Shown in pieces: positions 12,953 through 28,878 of a stretch of DNA of 64,000 nt. The stretch comes from Eledone cirrhosa. Its lineage: Eukaryota. The notes beneath the pieces are model-generated. The model saw nothing but the letters and a program-made list of their open reading frames with translations. It did not search any database and was not told the origin of the DNA. Numbering within the stretch: the stretch's first letter is position 1; each line of letters starts with the position of its first letter. The DNA lies in contig OZ024758.1 in assembly GCA_964016885.1 (NCBI GenBank), positions 18,228,001-18,292,000 of the forward strand, given 5' to 3'. The position numbers were made by a program, and so were the translations under genes.

Positions 12953-14128
12953 AAATAATGTGTTTGGGCTTAATGATATACGTTTCAATCAGTTAATTAA
13001 CCTGCCCACATAATTTAAAATACACAGCATAACTTCGCCAAAACAAAGGTAAGTCTCAACAGAAAATGAAATAGAAATATTCAAAGTAAGGACTAACAAA
13101 AATATATATTCTCTATAGTTTGTTTCTATCATAAAATGTCTTTGTTGACATGGGAAGGAAACAGGTACAAAAAATACAACCAGTTGAAAAAATATCCCAA
13201 ATCTCGTGACAAACCCCTAAGAGAAGGAATACTATGAGAATAATATAGACTAAAAATCAAAGAAAATCGATGGACGTGAGTAATATTCATGATAATAATT
13301 CTTGAGATAATACAAATGTTTTTTATTGGGACAAGTCATGCGTAACGAAAGGGGAAATAAAGACGAAGCAATCACCCACCAATACACCAAACAATAGAAT
13401 AGGAAATATTAAACACCAAATATTTCTGTGGAAAGTGAATAAAATAACAAAGTTATGTATTTTTAACGTTAGGTAAAAAAATTCCCTAAAGTTCTATGCA
13501 TGTAAAAATGTGTAAACTTATAAATGGAGAGATTGAAAAAAATAAAACATTCTAAAATTAAAATCAAAATAATATACGAGTAAAGAGAAATATGTTTGTA
13601 TTTGATATGCATGCTTTTGGCAACTCTGCGCCCTAAAATAAAATGTATATATTGGGTCGTCAAGTATGGAATTTGTAGAAATTTATTTTTTATTACTCCA
13701 AATTTCAAACTTGACGACCCAATAAATCACTATAAAAAGAAAAGATTTTTGAGATAAATAACTTCAATTGTAATTTACATCTCGACTTGACTCCAACAAA
13801 TGAGGAAACCTAATAAGATATATGTTTCCTTCAATGAAAATGATAAACGATGATCATTTCAATACATTAGGAAAATGTGAAGCATTCTGTAAACTGGTGT
13901 GGTGCAGAAGAACAAGTGAAAGATAATACTGTGTTAGGTATAGGGGGTGATATATAGATAATGAATAGAGGAGTAGAACGAAGGGGGAGATATTGAGAAA
14001 CAGCGAAAGAGAGAATGTGAAATGTATCTGGCAAACACTACGATTCTACTGGATTATATGGACAAGATATTTTATTCAAGAAGTTTATGTATGTGTGTAC
14101 ATATCTGTTTCGTCCCCCTTCTCACTCA

Positions 14129-14131
<3 letters not shown>

Positions 14132-14226
<95 letters not shown>

Positions 14227-14307
14227 ATATATATATATATATATACACACGTATATATATATAAATATATATATATACGTATATATACGTATCTATCTAC
14301 CTATCTA

Positions 14308-14361
<54 letters not shown>

Positions 14362-14385
14362 AACACACACACACATGCACACCCC

Positions 14386-14422
<37 letters not shown>
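14132..14422. repeat. Compound (CT)n/(TA)n/(CA)n microsatellite
   Basis: Direct reading. Confidence 0.95.
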
Positions 14423-14424
<2 letters not shown>

Positions 14425-15274
14425 GTACATACTGTCGTACGTAAAAAAAGAAAGTGCTATAAACTCATATGGTATAATAGCGTGTATCTTTGATATTATT
14501 CTATGCTAATATAGTGAAAAGAACTACAATAAAGGGTTGGCAGTTATATACCGCTATGTATAAGAGTTTATTATCCCGCTATTTTAAATATATATATTTA
14601 GATTCATGTGAATTATAATCTTTGAAAGACGTGGAAATAAAACATAACTGGATGTAGTTTCTCAAGTAAAAGGAAAGCACTATGATAATGCATAAACCCC
14701 GAATGGATTCCATAACAAAAGCGATAAATGTCAACAAAATATTTATGAGGAATAAAGGCCCTGCACATTTGCAGAATATCAGGGATTTTATTTGTATCGG
14801 AATACAATACACACGTGCATCAAAGTACATACATGAAAACTCAGCATCAAACAAATTCTTGTACTAATCCACATGATTGCAAAGTAACATGCTATTATGG
14901 TATATTCACAGAAGCAAGCACTTTACAGAATATCTTTCTATTGTAATCAATTCAATCTACTGCGAAGGCTTTTGTGCATCAAATAGGTTTGTATGAGACA
15001 CAGTCACACTTGCCTCCCGTTTACGTCTTTGTACTAGAAGTAAAGCAGGACGTTACAATCAGGAATATACAAGTTATATGTGCGTGATCAAATTTTTGAA
15101 TCTAAATATATGTGGAAATCTCCCTTCTATGCTAATGACAGTACATTTTCCATTTGCCACCAAAGCATTATGATTTGTCACGGAGGCAATGAAATGGGTT
15201 CGTATTGTAGCACTCGTGATCGGTCATATTAATTATAATCATTGCTTTACAAGAAATACATATCATTCAGATAC

Positions 15275-15386
<112 letters not shown>

Positions 15387-15409
15387 GGAGAGGGAGACAT
15401 GTATACATG

Positions 15410-15471
<62 letters not shown>

Positions 15472-15699
15472 CATATATATGTTTACATACATACATATAT
15501 ATATTTAAAGTGATATCTAACACCTACCACCTAAATATGCTACATATATATAATTATATATATATATATATATATATATTACTATACAAACACACATACA
15601 ATAACACGCACATACAAACACACACTTACACACATCTATATGTGTACACATATATATATATATATGAATTTGTTGTCGAAGTGAGAGCAGATCAGTCGA

Positions 15700-15860
15700 T
15701 GGGAAGATTTACTCCCTTCCGTGTCCTCTTTGTGTTTCTGTGGTACACGGTCTTTGGGCATCTACCGCACACATCCAAGGACAGGTCACAGGCCACATTG
15801 AATTCTCAGTTTCATGCCACAGCATCTGGCAATGTATTTTTCTCTTGCATAACCAGCTTC
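15700..15860 (-). mobile_element. Degenerate RTE-like LINE fragment
   Basis: Minus frame LGCVR*MPKDRVPQ resembles the RTE LGHVxRMPxxRxPK motif. Confidence 0.35.
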
Positions 15861-15948
15861 TGATGCCTTTGCCATGTCTGTAATATGTATGATGTAATAT
15901 GTACTGATTTAGAATATTGGTTACCATCTCGCTACTTTTTCTCAAAAT

Positions 15949-15994
<46 letters not shown>

Positions 15995-15999
<5 letters not shown>

Positions 16000-16131
16000 A
16001 TACTTTGGGAGGGTCATGCTGCCAATAAGAAAGCAACTGGTGCGTGTGTTTCTTATTGGCAACATGACCCTCCCAAAGTATAACAATATCGGTTTCAACA
16101 TATGTTTTCAGATAAAGAATCTTGCTAAACG

Positions 16132-16135
<4 letters not shown>
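15995..16135. mobile_element. Family B fold-back copy
   Basis: Matches 2171-2558; ~38-bp inverted arms. Confidence 0.75.
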
Positions 16136-16184
<49 letters not shown>

Positions 16185-16606
16185 GTGTGTGTGTGTGTTT
16201 GTGTGTGTATATGCGTGTATGTGTGTCTGTGTGTGTGCGGATGTGTGTGTGCATATGTATGTGTGTGTATATATATTTACACATGTATATATATATATAT
16301 ATATGTCACACCATGATGATGAGTCATCTCATTGAAAGTCTTCCCTTTTATTTGAATCTATACAGAGCCATCGTTGAATTATCCATATTATTGTCATTGG
16401 AGGCATTCCATATTATACTCCGTTAGTTCCAAACACTTCCCATGCACACAGGTACATACACACACACACTCACACACACACATATATATAAATATATATA
16501 TATATATACATGTGTGTGTGGACACACGTGCATACATACACAAATACATTACATATATATATATATATATATAAGTATATATATATATGTATGTATGTAA
16601 TGTATT

Positions 16607-16652
<46 letters not shown>

Positions 16653-17032
16653 CATCACACATTTATATATAAATACGTACAGAAACGCTTTATTTTCCAT
16701 TCATGCATTCAGAACTCACTTCACATATGTACAATCCAGCTTATTAAACAAATTCGAATATTTATATGCAAGCAGAACCTGCAAATGACAAGTTTATATA
16801 TTATGCGCTATATTCTGAATCGTTCAACATTGAGTGCAAATATGAAATTAACATCACTATACAAAGATCTATCACACTAAATAGTAGGATGCAAAATATT
16901 ATAGTTGTCGTCTTCAGGTGGATAATTAATGATAGAAAACTGCAGTTACAAGATGCATTTTATATTTGTTAAACCTAGCATCCTTAAAATGGAATATTCC
17001 AATCTGTGGGAAGCATGTAAGTGTACATACAA

Positions 17033-17073
<41 letters not shown>

Positions 17074-17092
17074 AATATATATATATGTATAT

Positions 17093-17322
17093 ATGTAGAT
17101 AAATCTACCAAAATATACGGCAGTGTCCAATCCATTTCTGAGTTGGGCATGTATATGTGAAGGTATGTATATTTCCTTTGATAATTTGTAACATTTTTAC
17201 ATAGATCTATATGATATACATACCAACACATATATACATCCCAGAAACGATCGTAAAATGATGAATTTTTTAATATAAGGAACTTGTTCTTCGTTTTTAT
17301 TTCATTATTTTTATTAATTTAT
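17093..17322 (+). mobile_element. pLTR family G with a long-stem hammerhead remnant (17133-17260)
   Basis: CATTT-CTGAGTT-GGGCATGTATATGTG...CACATATATACATCCCA-GAAA-CGATCG-TA-AAATG; other copies at 37533-38085 and 55587-55785. Confidence 0.6.
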
Positions 17323-17616
17323 ATATATATATCCAACATTAAATTGAGGGTTGTCATGTCTGGGAGACATGCGCCATATCCACATCCGGGATTTGACTAC
17401 TGAGATTTACCGAATAATTGCTGAAATATAATGTTTATACAAAGGAGATTAATCATTTAAAACGGTATCTATATTTCAAGTTCTAGTTAAACTTTAATTA
17501 GTTACCTACCGAGCTATGTGTGCTTACACACTTTACAAATTATTCCCTGTGATTGTTTCGTATGTTTATTTTATATATATATATATATATGTGTCAATCT
17601 ACTTCTAGTTGATATA

Positions 17617-17648
<32 letters not shown>

Positions 17649-17812
17649 AATATATATATATATATGTATGATCATATTCAATACAAGCAATCATATCTCA
17701 TCCTGTTTGTATTTGCTTTTATTGGCAGTATGAACTTACAAAATTATAACAATATATATATTATATATATATAATATAATATATTATATTACACAAACCA
17801 CACACACACAAT

Positions 17813-17853
<41 letters not shown>

Positions 17854-17887
17854 TATATATATACATATATACCTACATATATATATA

Positions 17888-18152
17888 TACGTAGGTCCCG
17901 GTTGAGTCGGGGATAACCACAGTAAGTAAGGTACTCAATACATGGCAGAGTAAAATGTTTTTATTATTTTATAGAAGGAACTTCTACAGGACTAGTACTG
18001 TTTCATTCAGATGAAATCTTCCTCGACTCAACCCGGGACCTACGTATCCAAGCACACCCTAGTGCCCTTATAACCATCCTCGAGAAAATATGCTGGGAAG
18101 ATTTCATCTGAATGAAACAGTACTAGTCCTGTAGAAGTTCCTTCTATAAAAT
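17888..18152. mobile_element. Interleaved double inverted repeat (pLTR-like)
   Basis: A(17888-17912), B(17968-18022), A'(18021-18046), B'(18096-18150); B' carries GAAGA..GAAA-CAG-TA. Confidence 0.6.
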
Positions 18153-18162
18153 AAAAAAAATA

Positions 18163-18225
<63 letters not shown>

Positions 18226-18472
18226 TATATGTTTAAATTTGGTCACAATTGGTCCTTCTGTAATGAGAAAAGCACTCTATTTTAAACAACTCATACATCT
18301 TTGATGTTGAATCATGTTGGTGATGCGGGAATGGAATAAATGTATTAGATAATGATATTTCAGGAGGCCAAATATGTTGAACTTCAAAATATTTGTCCTT
18401 CTGTAATTTTCACTTTATAATATCCTATGTTAAATATTGATATTACATATATTATATATTTATATTATATAA

Positions 18473-18660
18473 GGGCGGTGGATTGGCAGTATCGGTAGAG
18501 GGTCGGACGCCATGCTTTCCAGCATAGTTACGTCCCTTTACGATATGAGTTCAAATCTCGCCGAGGTTGACTTTGCCTTTCATCCTTACGGGGTCGATAA
18601 AATAAAGTACCAGTAATGCACTGGATAATTGCTGGCCTTGTGCCTAAAGTAGAAACAATT
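18473..18660 (+). mobile_element. SINE, short form, near full length
   Basis: A/B boxes, core and ATT tail. Confidence 0.9.
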
Positions 18661-20054
18661 ATATATATATATAGTTATACTCTGGGAACGTAATACTTCG
18701 ATTACAAATACACATAATGTGTAGGATGTATGATTACTTTTATTGAATATGACCATGCTATAGAGTGTTTGTTTTGTTGTTCTTTCCAGTCAATATTCAG
18801 GTGATATTCTTTTCAGACCAACCTATGAAGACACGGCATTTTACAGACATTCATTACTCACAATGTTGTAACTACATCACTGCATTGTGAAGATTGACCT
18901 CAGAGCCAATAGTGTCAAACATTGTATACTTCTGTTTGATCTAAATCTACTTATTCGTCATGCGGGAGCCTGAATTCTTTTGTACATTTCCACATTTCCA
19001 CTAAAACAAGGAGCAACATCGCTATCCATCCCCTGTGATCCGTTGTGTTTAGCAGAGCAGCTCTGCCAAAAACATTAGCAGTATCTCCAAACATTATCTT
19101 TTGTTTTTTTAAATACGCACCATTAGCAGAGTTCCCATATATAATTTCCTATAACACTATTTCAAATAAAACAAAATACTTTTGAAATAATTCTTTCTAT
19201 TTTGTGTTGTTTGACATGACATCCTTTCCATTGTTATAGCATTCCGTAGTATTTTATCATTTGTCCAAAATATGGCTGTTCAGACAACCAGAGGTAATCC
19301 ATCAACGTATAATAGGAAAAGGAACATGAAATACATCACACTGACATTTTTACTTCCTCGTGCTACAATAAAATATCACAGAAATACGCTGCTGATGAAA
19401 ATCAATAAAACTTTACATCAATACATACAGCTAAATATCACTAAGTAGCTATAACTTACATTGAACATGAAACAGTAGCTGTATAGATTTCCATATTTAG
19501 CATGGGATTCACACCTGTGACATATGCGACCAGACATAAATTCTACCAATATTCTACTTGGAAGGTTAAGCTTTAGTTATTTTTAAATAATACAACATTC
19601 AAAAAAGTAAACTGAGACTAAGTTATTGGCAAAAATGTAGACATTATTGTAATGTCTGTTTACACTTTATATTCGTACGCATTCAGTTATATCTGCTGGC
19701 ACAAGTTGAAAAGAATAAGTTAACTTTTCTATCCCGTAGTTCATTTTATTTTTAGCCTTTCTATTGTTCATAACAGAAGCATCAATAGTAGTGCTTTTGA
19801 TGATTGCCAAGCAAAGTACGAACTAAATACATTAACGTATTTAATTTCTCAGTCTCTACCTCATATAAATATGTCTTTAATATATATACAGAGTTTCAGA
19901 AATATACACAAGAATTTTTTTCTATCCCGTCAATACCCTATATATCATCATTTTATAGAATAATTGATAAATCAATATATTTGATGGTAAATTACAAAAT
20001 TAGATTATTCTAGAAATGATAGCTTTGTATTATGATATATTTAAACATTATCTA

Positions 20055-20368
20055 TGTTTAAAAAATCAAAAAAAATCTGTATGAAATGTCAGTTTTCTGA
20101 AACATTCGAAAACAAAATCTATATGAAATGTGTGTTTACTGAAACGTCTAAAAAAAAAATCTATATGAAATGTGAATTTTCTGAAACGTCGAAAAACAAA
20201 ATCTATATGAAATGTCTGTTTTCTGAAACGCCGAAGAAAAAAAAAAAAAAAAAAATCAAATCTGTATTCTGAAGCCTCGAAAAAAAGTCTATGTGAAATG
20301 TATGTTTTATAAAGAGTCCCCCCAAAAATCTATATGAATGTGTGTTTTCTGAAACATCGAAAAAAATT
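20055..20368. repeat. Minisatellite, ~40-bp unit, about 7-8 copies
   Basis: AAAATCTATATGAAATGTnnnTTTTCTGAAACGTCGAAAA repeated. Confidence 0.85.
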
Positions 20369-21305
20369 ATTTAGTATATTTTCAACCTTATATGTTCAGA
20401 AGTTAAAGCATTATTTCTCTTCTGTTTTATTGATCTATGTCATTGTTCTACCCTTAAGCTTCCTGGGAGCCACATACAACACATTTCAACAATCATTATT
20501 CCTTAATAAAAACTTCAGTTTGGTATTTTGTGCTGATTTTAACATTTTGGTCCATAGGGAAATGTCATCTAGCATACCCCATTTCACAGCTCTCGAATTA
20601 TGGAGAGAGAAGAAACAAATATATTTCAGTGGCCACATCATTAACGATTCTATGAAATATTTGAAAAGAAGTGTAAATCAAACAGTAACACCGGATTCTG
20701 AAACGACGTCACATCATTTTCAGCAGAGCAGAGGTAGTAAAACATCCACACATAATATAAGAAAGCTTTCTGTAACACGTTTCAGATATCTTTTAAAAAA
20801 ACGAAAATTCAAAACTATACACTAGAAATCGCTACATAAGTTACATTTTAATCCTTTATTTTTGTCAGATACTAGATTTTCATTTGCAAAGTTAAACATA
20901 TTAAATGCCTCAAGAACTGGAAGTATTATAATCCTAAACAAATAACATGTTGAATCAGGGCTTTCATAAGGGGATTTATATCACAATGCCAGACACCACT
21001 CTCCCCAATCGGTAATATAGAAAACATAATCATTGTTAAAATACACAAAGTATGGAAGCTAAAAGGGATCAGTTTAAAGAAAGCCATCAATCTTTTGTGG
21101 ACAACATATAGAGTCTCAGCATTGTTAATCCCAAACAGTTAATTCCTGAATACAAGAGAAAACACAGATTCAAATTACTATATTTTAGAAAGCATACTGC
21201 ACCCCAAGAATTATATGCACTTCGAATACACACACACATATATATATATTTATATACACACACGTATACGAATATATATGTGTATATGTATATTTCAAAC
21301 AATTT

Positions 21306-21803
<498 letters not shown>

Positions 21804-22143
21804 CAAATGAATAAAAATATACATAGTGAATGGTCTTCAAATTGTTTTTAATTAAACTTACTGTATATTGCCAAATATACTATACATACATTCATGAATA
21901 CATCGCTATTTCAGAGTAACAATACTTAATTTTTGGTGGCCTGGCAATCGCCATGTTTAATCAGCTCTTAAATATTATTGCAATTTTGTAAGAATCAAGG
22001 TTCAATAAATCTCGGCAGAACCAAAGGATTGAGTCATAAACACTAACAAGCAAGAATATATGTATACATGTGTATATGTATATGTATGTGTATGTACACA
22101 CACACATATATATATATATATATAAATGTATATATTACATATG

Positions 22144-22220
<77 letters not shown>

Positions 22221-22420
22221 GTGGAAAAGTAAGAAATCGGAGAATAGACGGTTAAAACAAGTTTATTTAAAACAGCACCTACGTACGTTTCGCATATTGA
22301 CACTTCGAATATTTAATACTGCCGTAACTAGTATCGGGTACCTTTGGCATACACTTATTGGCAAATAACTATATGTATCACCTATCCTCCTCTTTTTTTC
22401 TATCTCTCGATACGTAAATA

Positions 22421-22504
<84 letters not shown>

Positions 22505-22506
<2 letters not shown>

Positions 22507-22823
22507 GGGATACGAGGTTATCGTTATAGGGAGTCCACTTAGATGTAGTCCAGTTGGAGTAGTTTGTGTAGTGGATAGTATTAACGTGTGGCTTAGTTTG
22601 ACTCAACAAGACGTTTCCATAGTGATGCTGCGGGTTCGCGGTGATTTCTATGTAGTTTATACTTGGAGTAATGAAAATTCAAACAATTATAAACAAAGTA
22701 TTGGAGATCGATTTGCGGATAATCAGGCGAATAGGGAACTCTAGACCTACCAGATCAAGGAAACAATTGTCAGCAATGTGAATAAAGCCCTTATTGTATA
22801 GCGAACCATGTCACTCTTTCTTG

Positions 22824-22859
<36 letters not shown>

Positions 22860-23176
22860 GATCATCATCATTTCACGACCATTTATCCACGCTGGCATGG
22901 GCTGGGCCATATAAATAAATTACAGCTCTGCTGACTAAATATAAATAAATATATATATATATATATATAGTTAATGAAGGAAGAGTAACATGGTTTTATT
23001 TAAAGTACTGACAATTGTTTCGTTGATCAGGTGAGTCTAGAGTTCGCTAATCGCTTGAGGTTGCGTCACTCGATCTCCAATACATTATTTACCTCTGGTC
23101 AACACATCAGAGTACGTAGATATGAAACTAATTCACTCGAGGCAAGACTGGGTTACCTATAACGATAACTTGTTAT

Positions 23177-23180
<4 letters not shown>
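22505..23180. mobile_element. Fold-back pLTR (family H) interrupted by (TA)n and an RTE-like 3' end (~22857-22905)
   Basis: Terminal inverted repeat GGATAC..GTTATCGTTATAGG / CCTATAACGATAACTTGTTATCC; internal inverted copies; related piece at 6697-6800. Confidence 0.55.
23005..23115 (-). ncRNA. Type I hammerhead with 82-nt stem II region (A9 changed to U)
   Basis: Minus: GTACT-CTGATGT-GTTGACCAG...CTGATCAAC-GAAA-CAATTG-TC-AGTAC. Confidence 0.65.
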
Positions 23181-23229
<49 letters not shown>

Positions 23230-23454
23230 CACTCTTCACTCCTATGACTTTTTCAATTTTCAACGGAAACTTCAATACTTATATATATATATATATATAT
23301 AATATTAAACATACTATTTATAGTTATGTATATACTATACTATAAACAACTATAAACAGGGAAGGTCAGTAATTTATTACCATTAAGAGAAATAGCCCCA
23401 TGTAAGAACATCAGTTGTTTTACAGAGCAGTAATATAGATTACACAAGTAATCT

Positions 23455-23541
<87 letters not shown>

Positions 23542-24520
23542 TTTTTGTGAGAATCGCTCTCTATGCTTCTGTATGCTTTTTGTGTGCGAATGTATGTACG
23601 TATATATGTATAGTGTTATAGAGTGGTGTACATATATTCATCTATTTTACTATTCTAGCAATAAAGGTATCAATTAATTATATACGCTTGTAAACGTAGA
23701 TTTACTTATATGAATGGATGCATATTATGCATGTGTTTACAAACATCCTGCCTTTGATGATTAATTATGCGATGCTGAAATTGTAAACATCTTAATCTAT
23801 TAATTAGGCTTCTGCAATCATGTAGTATGCTGTTATTAGACCCGATAGCATATTCTTGTTTACTTGAAAGATTCTGAAGATGGATTGCAAATTGTAATTT
23901 TCTTCCTATTCATTTTAAGATATATTATACTTTTCGTATATTGCTTCTAGGTTCATAGAATAAATAGTCTATTTTATAAGCCTGATAAACAAGCAAACTG
24001 AGCAAAATATTCGTGAAATATTTAAAATTACATATGTTGTTTCGTTAATGTAAATCCTAACGAAGCCGTCATGTAATTAAGGTAATTCCCCTGGGATTAT
24101 CCTGTTTTTTTATTTGTTCCATGCAAAAATATATATTGCCTCATTCTAGGTTTAATTCTGTTTTTGGTCAATAGAAAGGATATTTCTCTAGTATATTTTA
24201 AGATAGATCGAACAGATATACAGTGCATGTTTCCGTTAATATTGAGAACGAACAAGAGAACGAACAAACAGCTCTGTGTTTCCGTACCCTTGTCACTTCA
24301 ATGTTGCTACTTTATTATATAAGACACTGTCTGAACAGAGTATGGCAGTGGGCTAAACTCTGTATTGCCTAAGCAATGTCATCCACGAAATGTGTATGAC
24401 GGCCTTATCAATAAAGTATTTCAACATCTAAACTTTGTATTTCCTTATTCTATGAATACACCGTCACTCCTGTGTGGAAAATGCAGGTTAAGTTCTTGAA
24501 TTACATATAAGTTTTTAAAT

Positions 24521-24630
<110 letters not shown>

Positions 24631-24785
24631 ATTATATATATATATATATAGATAAGATATATATATATATAGAAAAGATGAATATAAAATGAAAGTGCTT
24701 TTTTTAAAAAAGGAATTTATTAGGTATTGACATATGTTTCTATAACAGACGGATTACTTATGTATCGCTGCTTGCGTAATCATAT

Positions 24786-24972
24786 AATTGTTTCTACTTT
24801 TGGCACAAGGCCAGCAATTACTCAGTGTATTACTGGTACTTTATTTTATCGACCCCGTAAGGATGAAAGGCAAAGTCAACCTCGGCGGGATTTGAACTCA
24901 GAATGGCAAGGGCCGTAACTCTATGCGTCAAAGCATGGCGTCCGACCCTCTACCGATACTGCCAATCCACCG
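24786..24972 (-). mobile_element. SINE, short form
   Basis: Same family, low divergence. Confidence 0.9.
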
Positions 24973-25020
24973 TAATCATATAATGTTAGCAAGTATTCGA
25001 TAGCAAATGTATATAATAAA

Positions 25021-25936
<916 letters not shown>

Positions 25937-26075
25937 CAACTAGAAACTGATTGACATATAAATAAACATATGGAACAATCACAGGGGATAATTTGTAATA
26001 GTGAGTAAGCACACATAGCTAGGTAGGTAACTATTAAAGTTTAGCTAGAACTTCAAAAATACATACACACATATG

Positions 26076-26107
<32 letters not shown>

Positions 26108-26117
26108 CAAACATATG

Positions 26118-26149
<32 letters not shown>

Positions 26150-26300
26150 CAAACATATGTATTTATATATATATATATATAAATATATGTATATATATTT
26201 ATTTATATATATGTATATATATATATATATGTATACATGTATTTATATATATATACATATCTTTCTATATATATATATAAATATATGTATACACACATAA

Positions 26301-26334
<34 letters not shown>

Positions 26335-27089
26335 CCACACATCCACACACACACAGACACATATAAATATATATATGTGTACATGAATGTGTGTGTATGT
26401 TTAGACAAGATTGTCATCGCACGCCTGTGTGTGTGTATGTAAATTTATAAGTATGTGTATATATGTGTAATCGTGTGTGCGTGTGCATATTTGTATGAAT
26501 ATAATTTAGTTACAGTCAGGCACACAGATATACAATTGATAAACAATTGTGCTGAATATGCAGAAACATGTAAAAGAGTCATCCATGCCAGCCGTATTAG
26601 AGAGGTGAATAATACTGAATGTAATGAATTTTGAAGTCAATTTTGTATAAATGCATATCGAGCTTTCTTGAATTATTCATAAGCAAACGAAATATATTTC
26701 CGATATAACATATATCTTACATATATTTCCATAAATACAAACTTCACTTTAATTCGCGTTGTATCTTTCTATTTATTACAGTTGAATATATTTCATGATG
26801 ATTGATTTGTTCTTATTTTAAATATTGGCATTCTGATTAAATCCCTTATCTAGTCTTTAAATATCATATTTGTTATTTAACTAGTTTCAGGAAATATTAT
26901 CTAGGCAGACTTAAATTGTTCGTTTTGGGACCAAAGCTTCATTTTCCGGTGAAAGCCAAATTTCAGCTATGTTCTTAACATACCTTATACTCTATATTGT
27001 ACTCATAATCTAATACATTGTACCTGTTTGGAGTGCTTTTAAATATCAATCTAATTTATTAGGTATAAAGGTGCATATCTAAATACTAA

Positions 27090-27220
27090 CGACTGCCTTA
27101 AGCTAAAAGACTCATTTGGCCGGTGATTATACCGGATCCATGGCGTGAAGCGACTGCGAGTACAAGACCGGATCCTGGACAGGACGCTAGTCCATCGCAG
27201 TGTTACACCCACAGCTTCTG
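27090..27220 (-). mobile_element. SINE fragment with V-domain-like core
   Basis: Minus: CTGCGATGGACTAGCGTCCTGTCCAGG..GTCGCTTCACGCCA; partial second copy at 59080-59145. Confidence 0.55.
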
Positions 27221-27308
27221 ATCGTAAGTCCAACCCCCTTATTATTAGGGCACGACCCTCGACTAAAAAAGGTGCCTACATAAAATATAGTTATTATTAA
27301 TATTATTA

Positions 27309-27520
27309 GGGCGGTGGGCTGGCAGTATCGGTAGATTTACAGCATGCATTTACAGCATAGAGTCACGGCCCTTTATGATCCGAGTTCAAAACCCGCCGAG
27401 GTTACGTTTGACTTTCATCCTTACGGGGTCGATGAAATAAAGTACCAGTCGAGCACTGGATTCGATTTAATCGACACTCCCCTCCTCTAAATTACTGGCC
27501 TTGTGCCTATATAAGAAACC
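27309..27520 (+). mobile_element. SINE, long form
   Basis: Same family as 18473. Confidence 0.85.
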
Positions 27521-27549
27521 AGTATGAATACTATTAATATAAACAAATA

Positions 27550-27722
27550 GGGCGTTGGATTGACAGTATCGGTAGAGAGTCGGACACCATGCTTTGAAGC
27601 ATAGAGTTATGTCCCTTCATGATCCACGGTTATTTTTACCTTTCATGCTTACGGGGTCGATAAAATAAGGTACCAGTAATGTACTGGGTAATTACTGGCC
27701 CTGTGCCACAAATAGAAACAAT
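27550..27722 (+). mobile_element. SINE, short form (tandem)
   Basis: Same family, internal deletion. Confidence 0.85.
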
Positions 27723-28309
27723 TATTATAAACAAAGAATTACTCTCACCGTGAATATTTTAATTTGTGATCATATGACAGCTTAGAATACACATAACGAA
27801 TCTATGCTTGTTAATTATGTATACACATATTGAATATATTTCTATATACGCCTCTATTCTGAAGTATTTTGTGTTACTACTATTGCTAATTAAACAGAAA
27901 TATATGAATTCGAAGCTCTCACTTTGTTGTCATGATAATAATTTACTGAAGTAATGAACCGTAACTGTAGAATCAAACAATTACAAATAAAGTATTTTAG
28001 ATTATACATCAAAGTTAATACTTCGGTCATTATCCAGTCTTTTACTGATTTATTCAATTTTACACTATGGAAAATATTAAATAAATAACATTAGTTTATT
28101 GTTTGTATTTAAACGGACTTTTTATGTAGCTACAAGTTCATTTCTATTGGTCTATTGTGTTGGAATGAAGACCATAGCAGTTACACCCTTTTCTCAGCTA
28201 TATGTAGATTTTATTATCAGCCTGGAATTAGTTGTTGAAACTTTACTAACAAAATCATCTAGAAATCTGTTAGCCTGGAAGCAGCTGTTGAAACAAGTTG
28301 GTCTGAGAT

Positions 28310-28500
28310 GTGAGAAAAACCACAGACCCTCCATTTCAACTCTACTTTTGAAAAGCAAACGAACTGCGAAACCGGTAAAGGAACCAAATAAATATATAAA
28401 AAAAAAAAAGACTCCAGTTGCATTTTCGATTTCATATTCTTTTCTTTATACTTTCACTCGTGTAGGACACCTCGGTTATTTGTCATCGTGTAAAAAAACG
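28310..28500 (+). repeat. Unclassified dispersed repeat
   Basis: Similar to 35515-35670 (TACTTTTGAAAAGCAAAnGAACTGnGAAACCGGTAAAG..AGACTCCAGTTGCAT). Confidence 0.7.
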
Positions 28501-28529
28501 TCACTTTCTAATATATATATATATATTTA

Positions 28530-28738
28530 TATAACGAAGGAAATGTAGTAAGGAACCAGGTGGACCATAACGCCCCAAAGTACTCAATACTTAGGGTAGT
28601 AGAGTGGATAATAGAAACGAGTAGGACCCGGACGGCTGAGCACAAGCCGTTCCGACGGCTAATTCTGGACTAAATTTAGTCCAGAATTAGTCGTCGAAAC
28701 GGCTTGGGCTCAGCCGTCGGGGTCCTACTCGTTCCTAT
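28530..28738. mobile_element. Fold-back family F, copy 2
   Basis: Matches 3131-3322. Confidence 0.75.
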
Positions 28739-28760
28739 ATGTATATGCACACACACACAA

Positions 28761-28878
<118 letters not shown>

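Noticed and set aside
13651-13724. Short inverted repeat (similar ones at 1965-2061, 46793-46830 and 56045-56110)
   Set aside because: Short and single-copy here, with no complete ribozyme or TSD, so it cannot be classified.
18473-18570. tRNA-like A and B boxes
   Set aside because: These are heads of a multi-copy SINE and form no complete cloverleaf.
20055-20368. CRISPR-like repeat array
   Set aside because: No unique spacers, diverged units, eukaryotic context and no cas genes.
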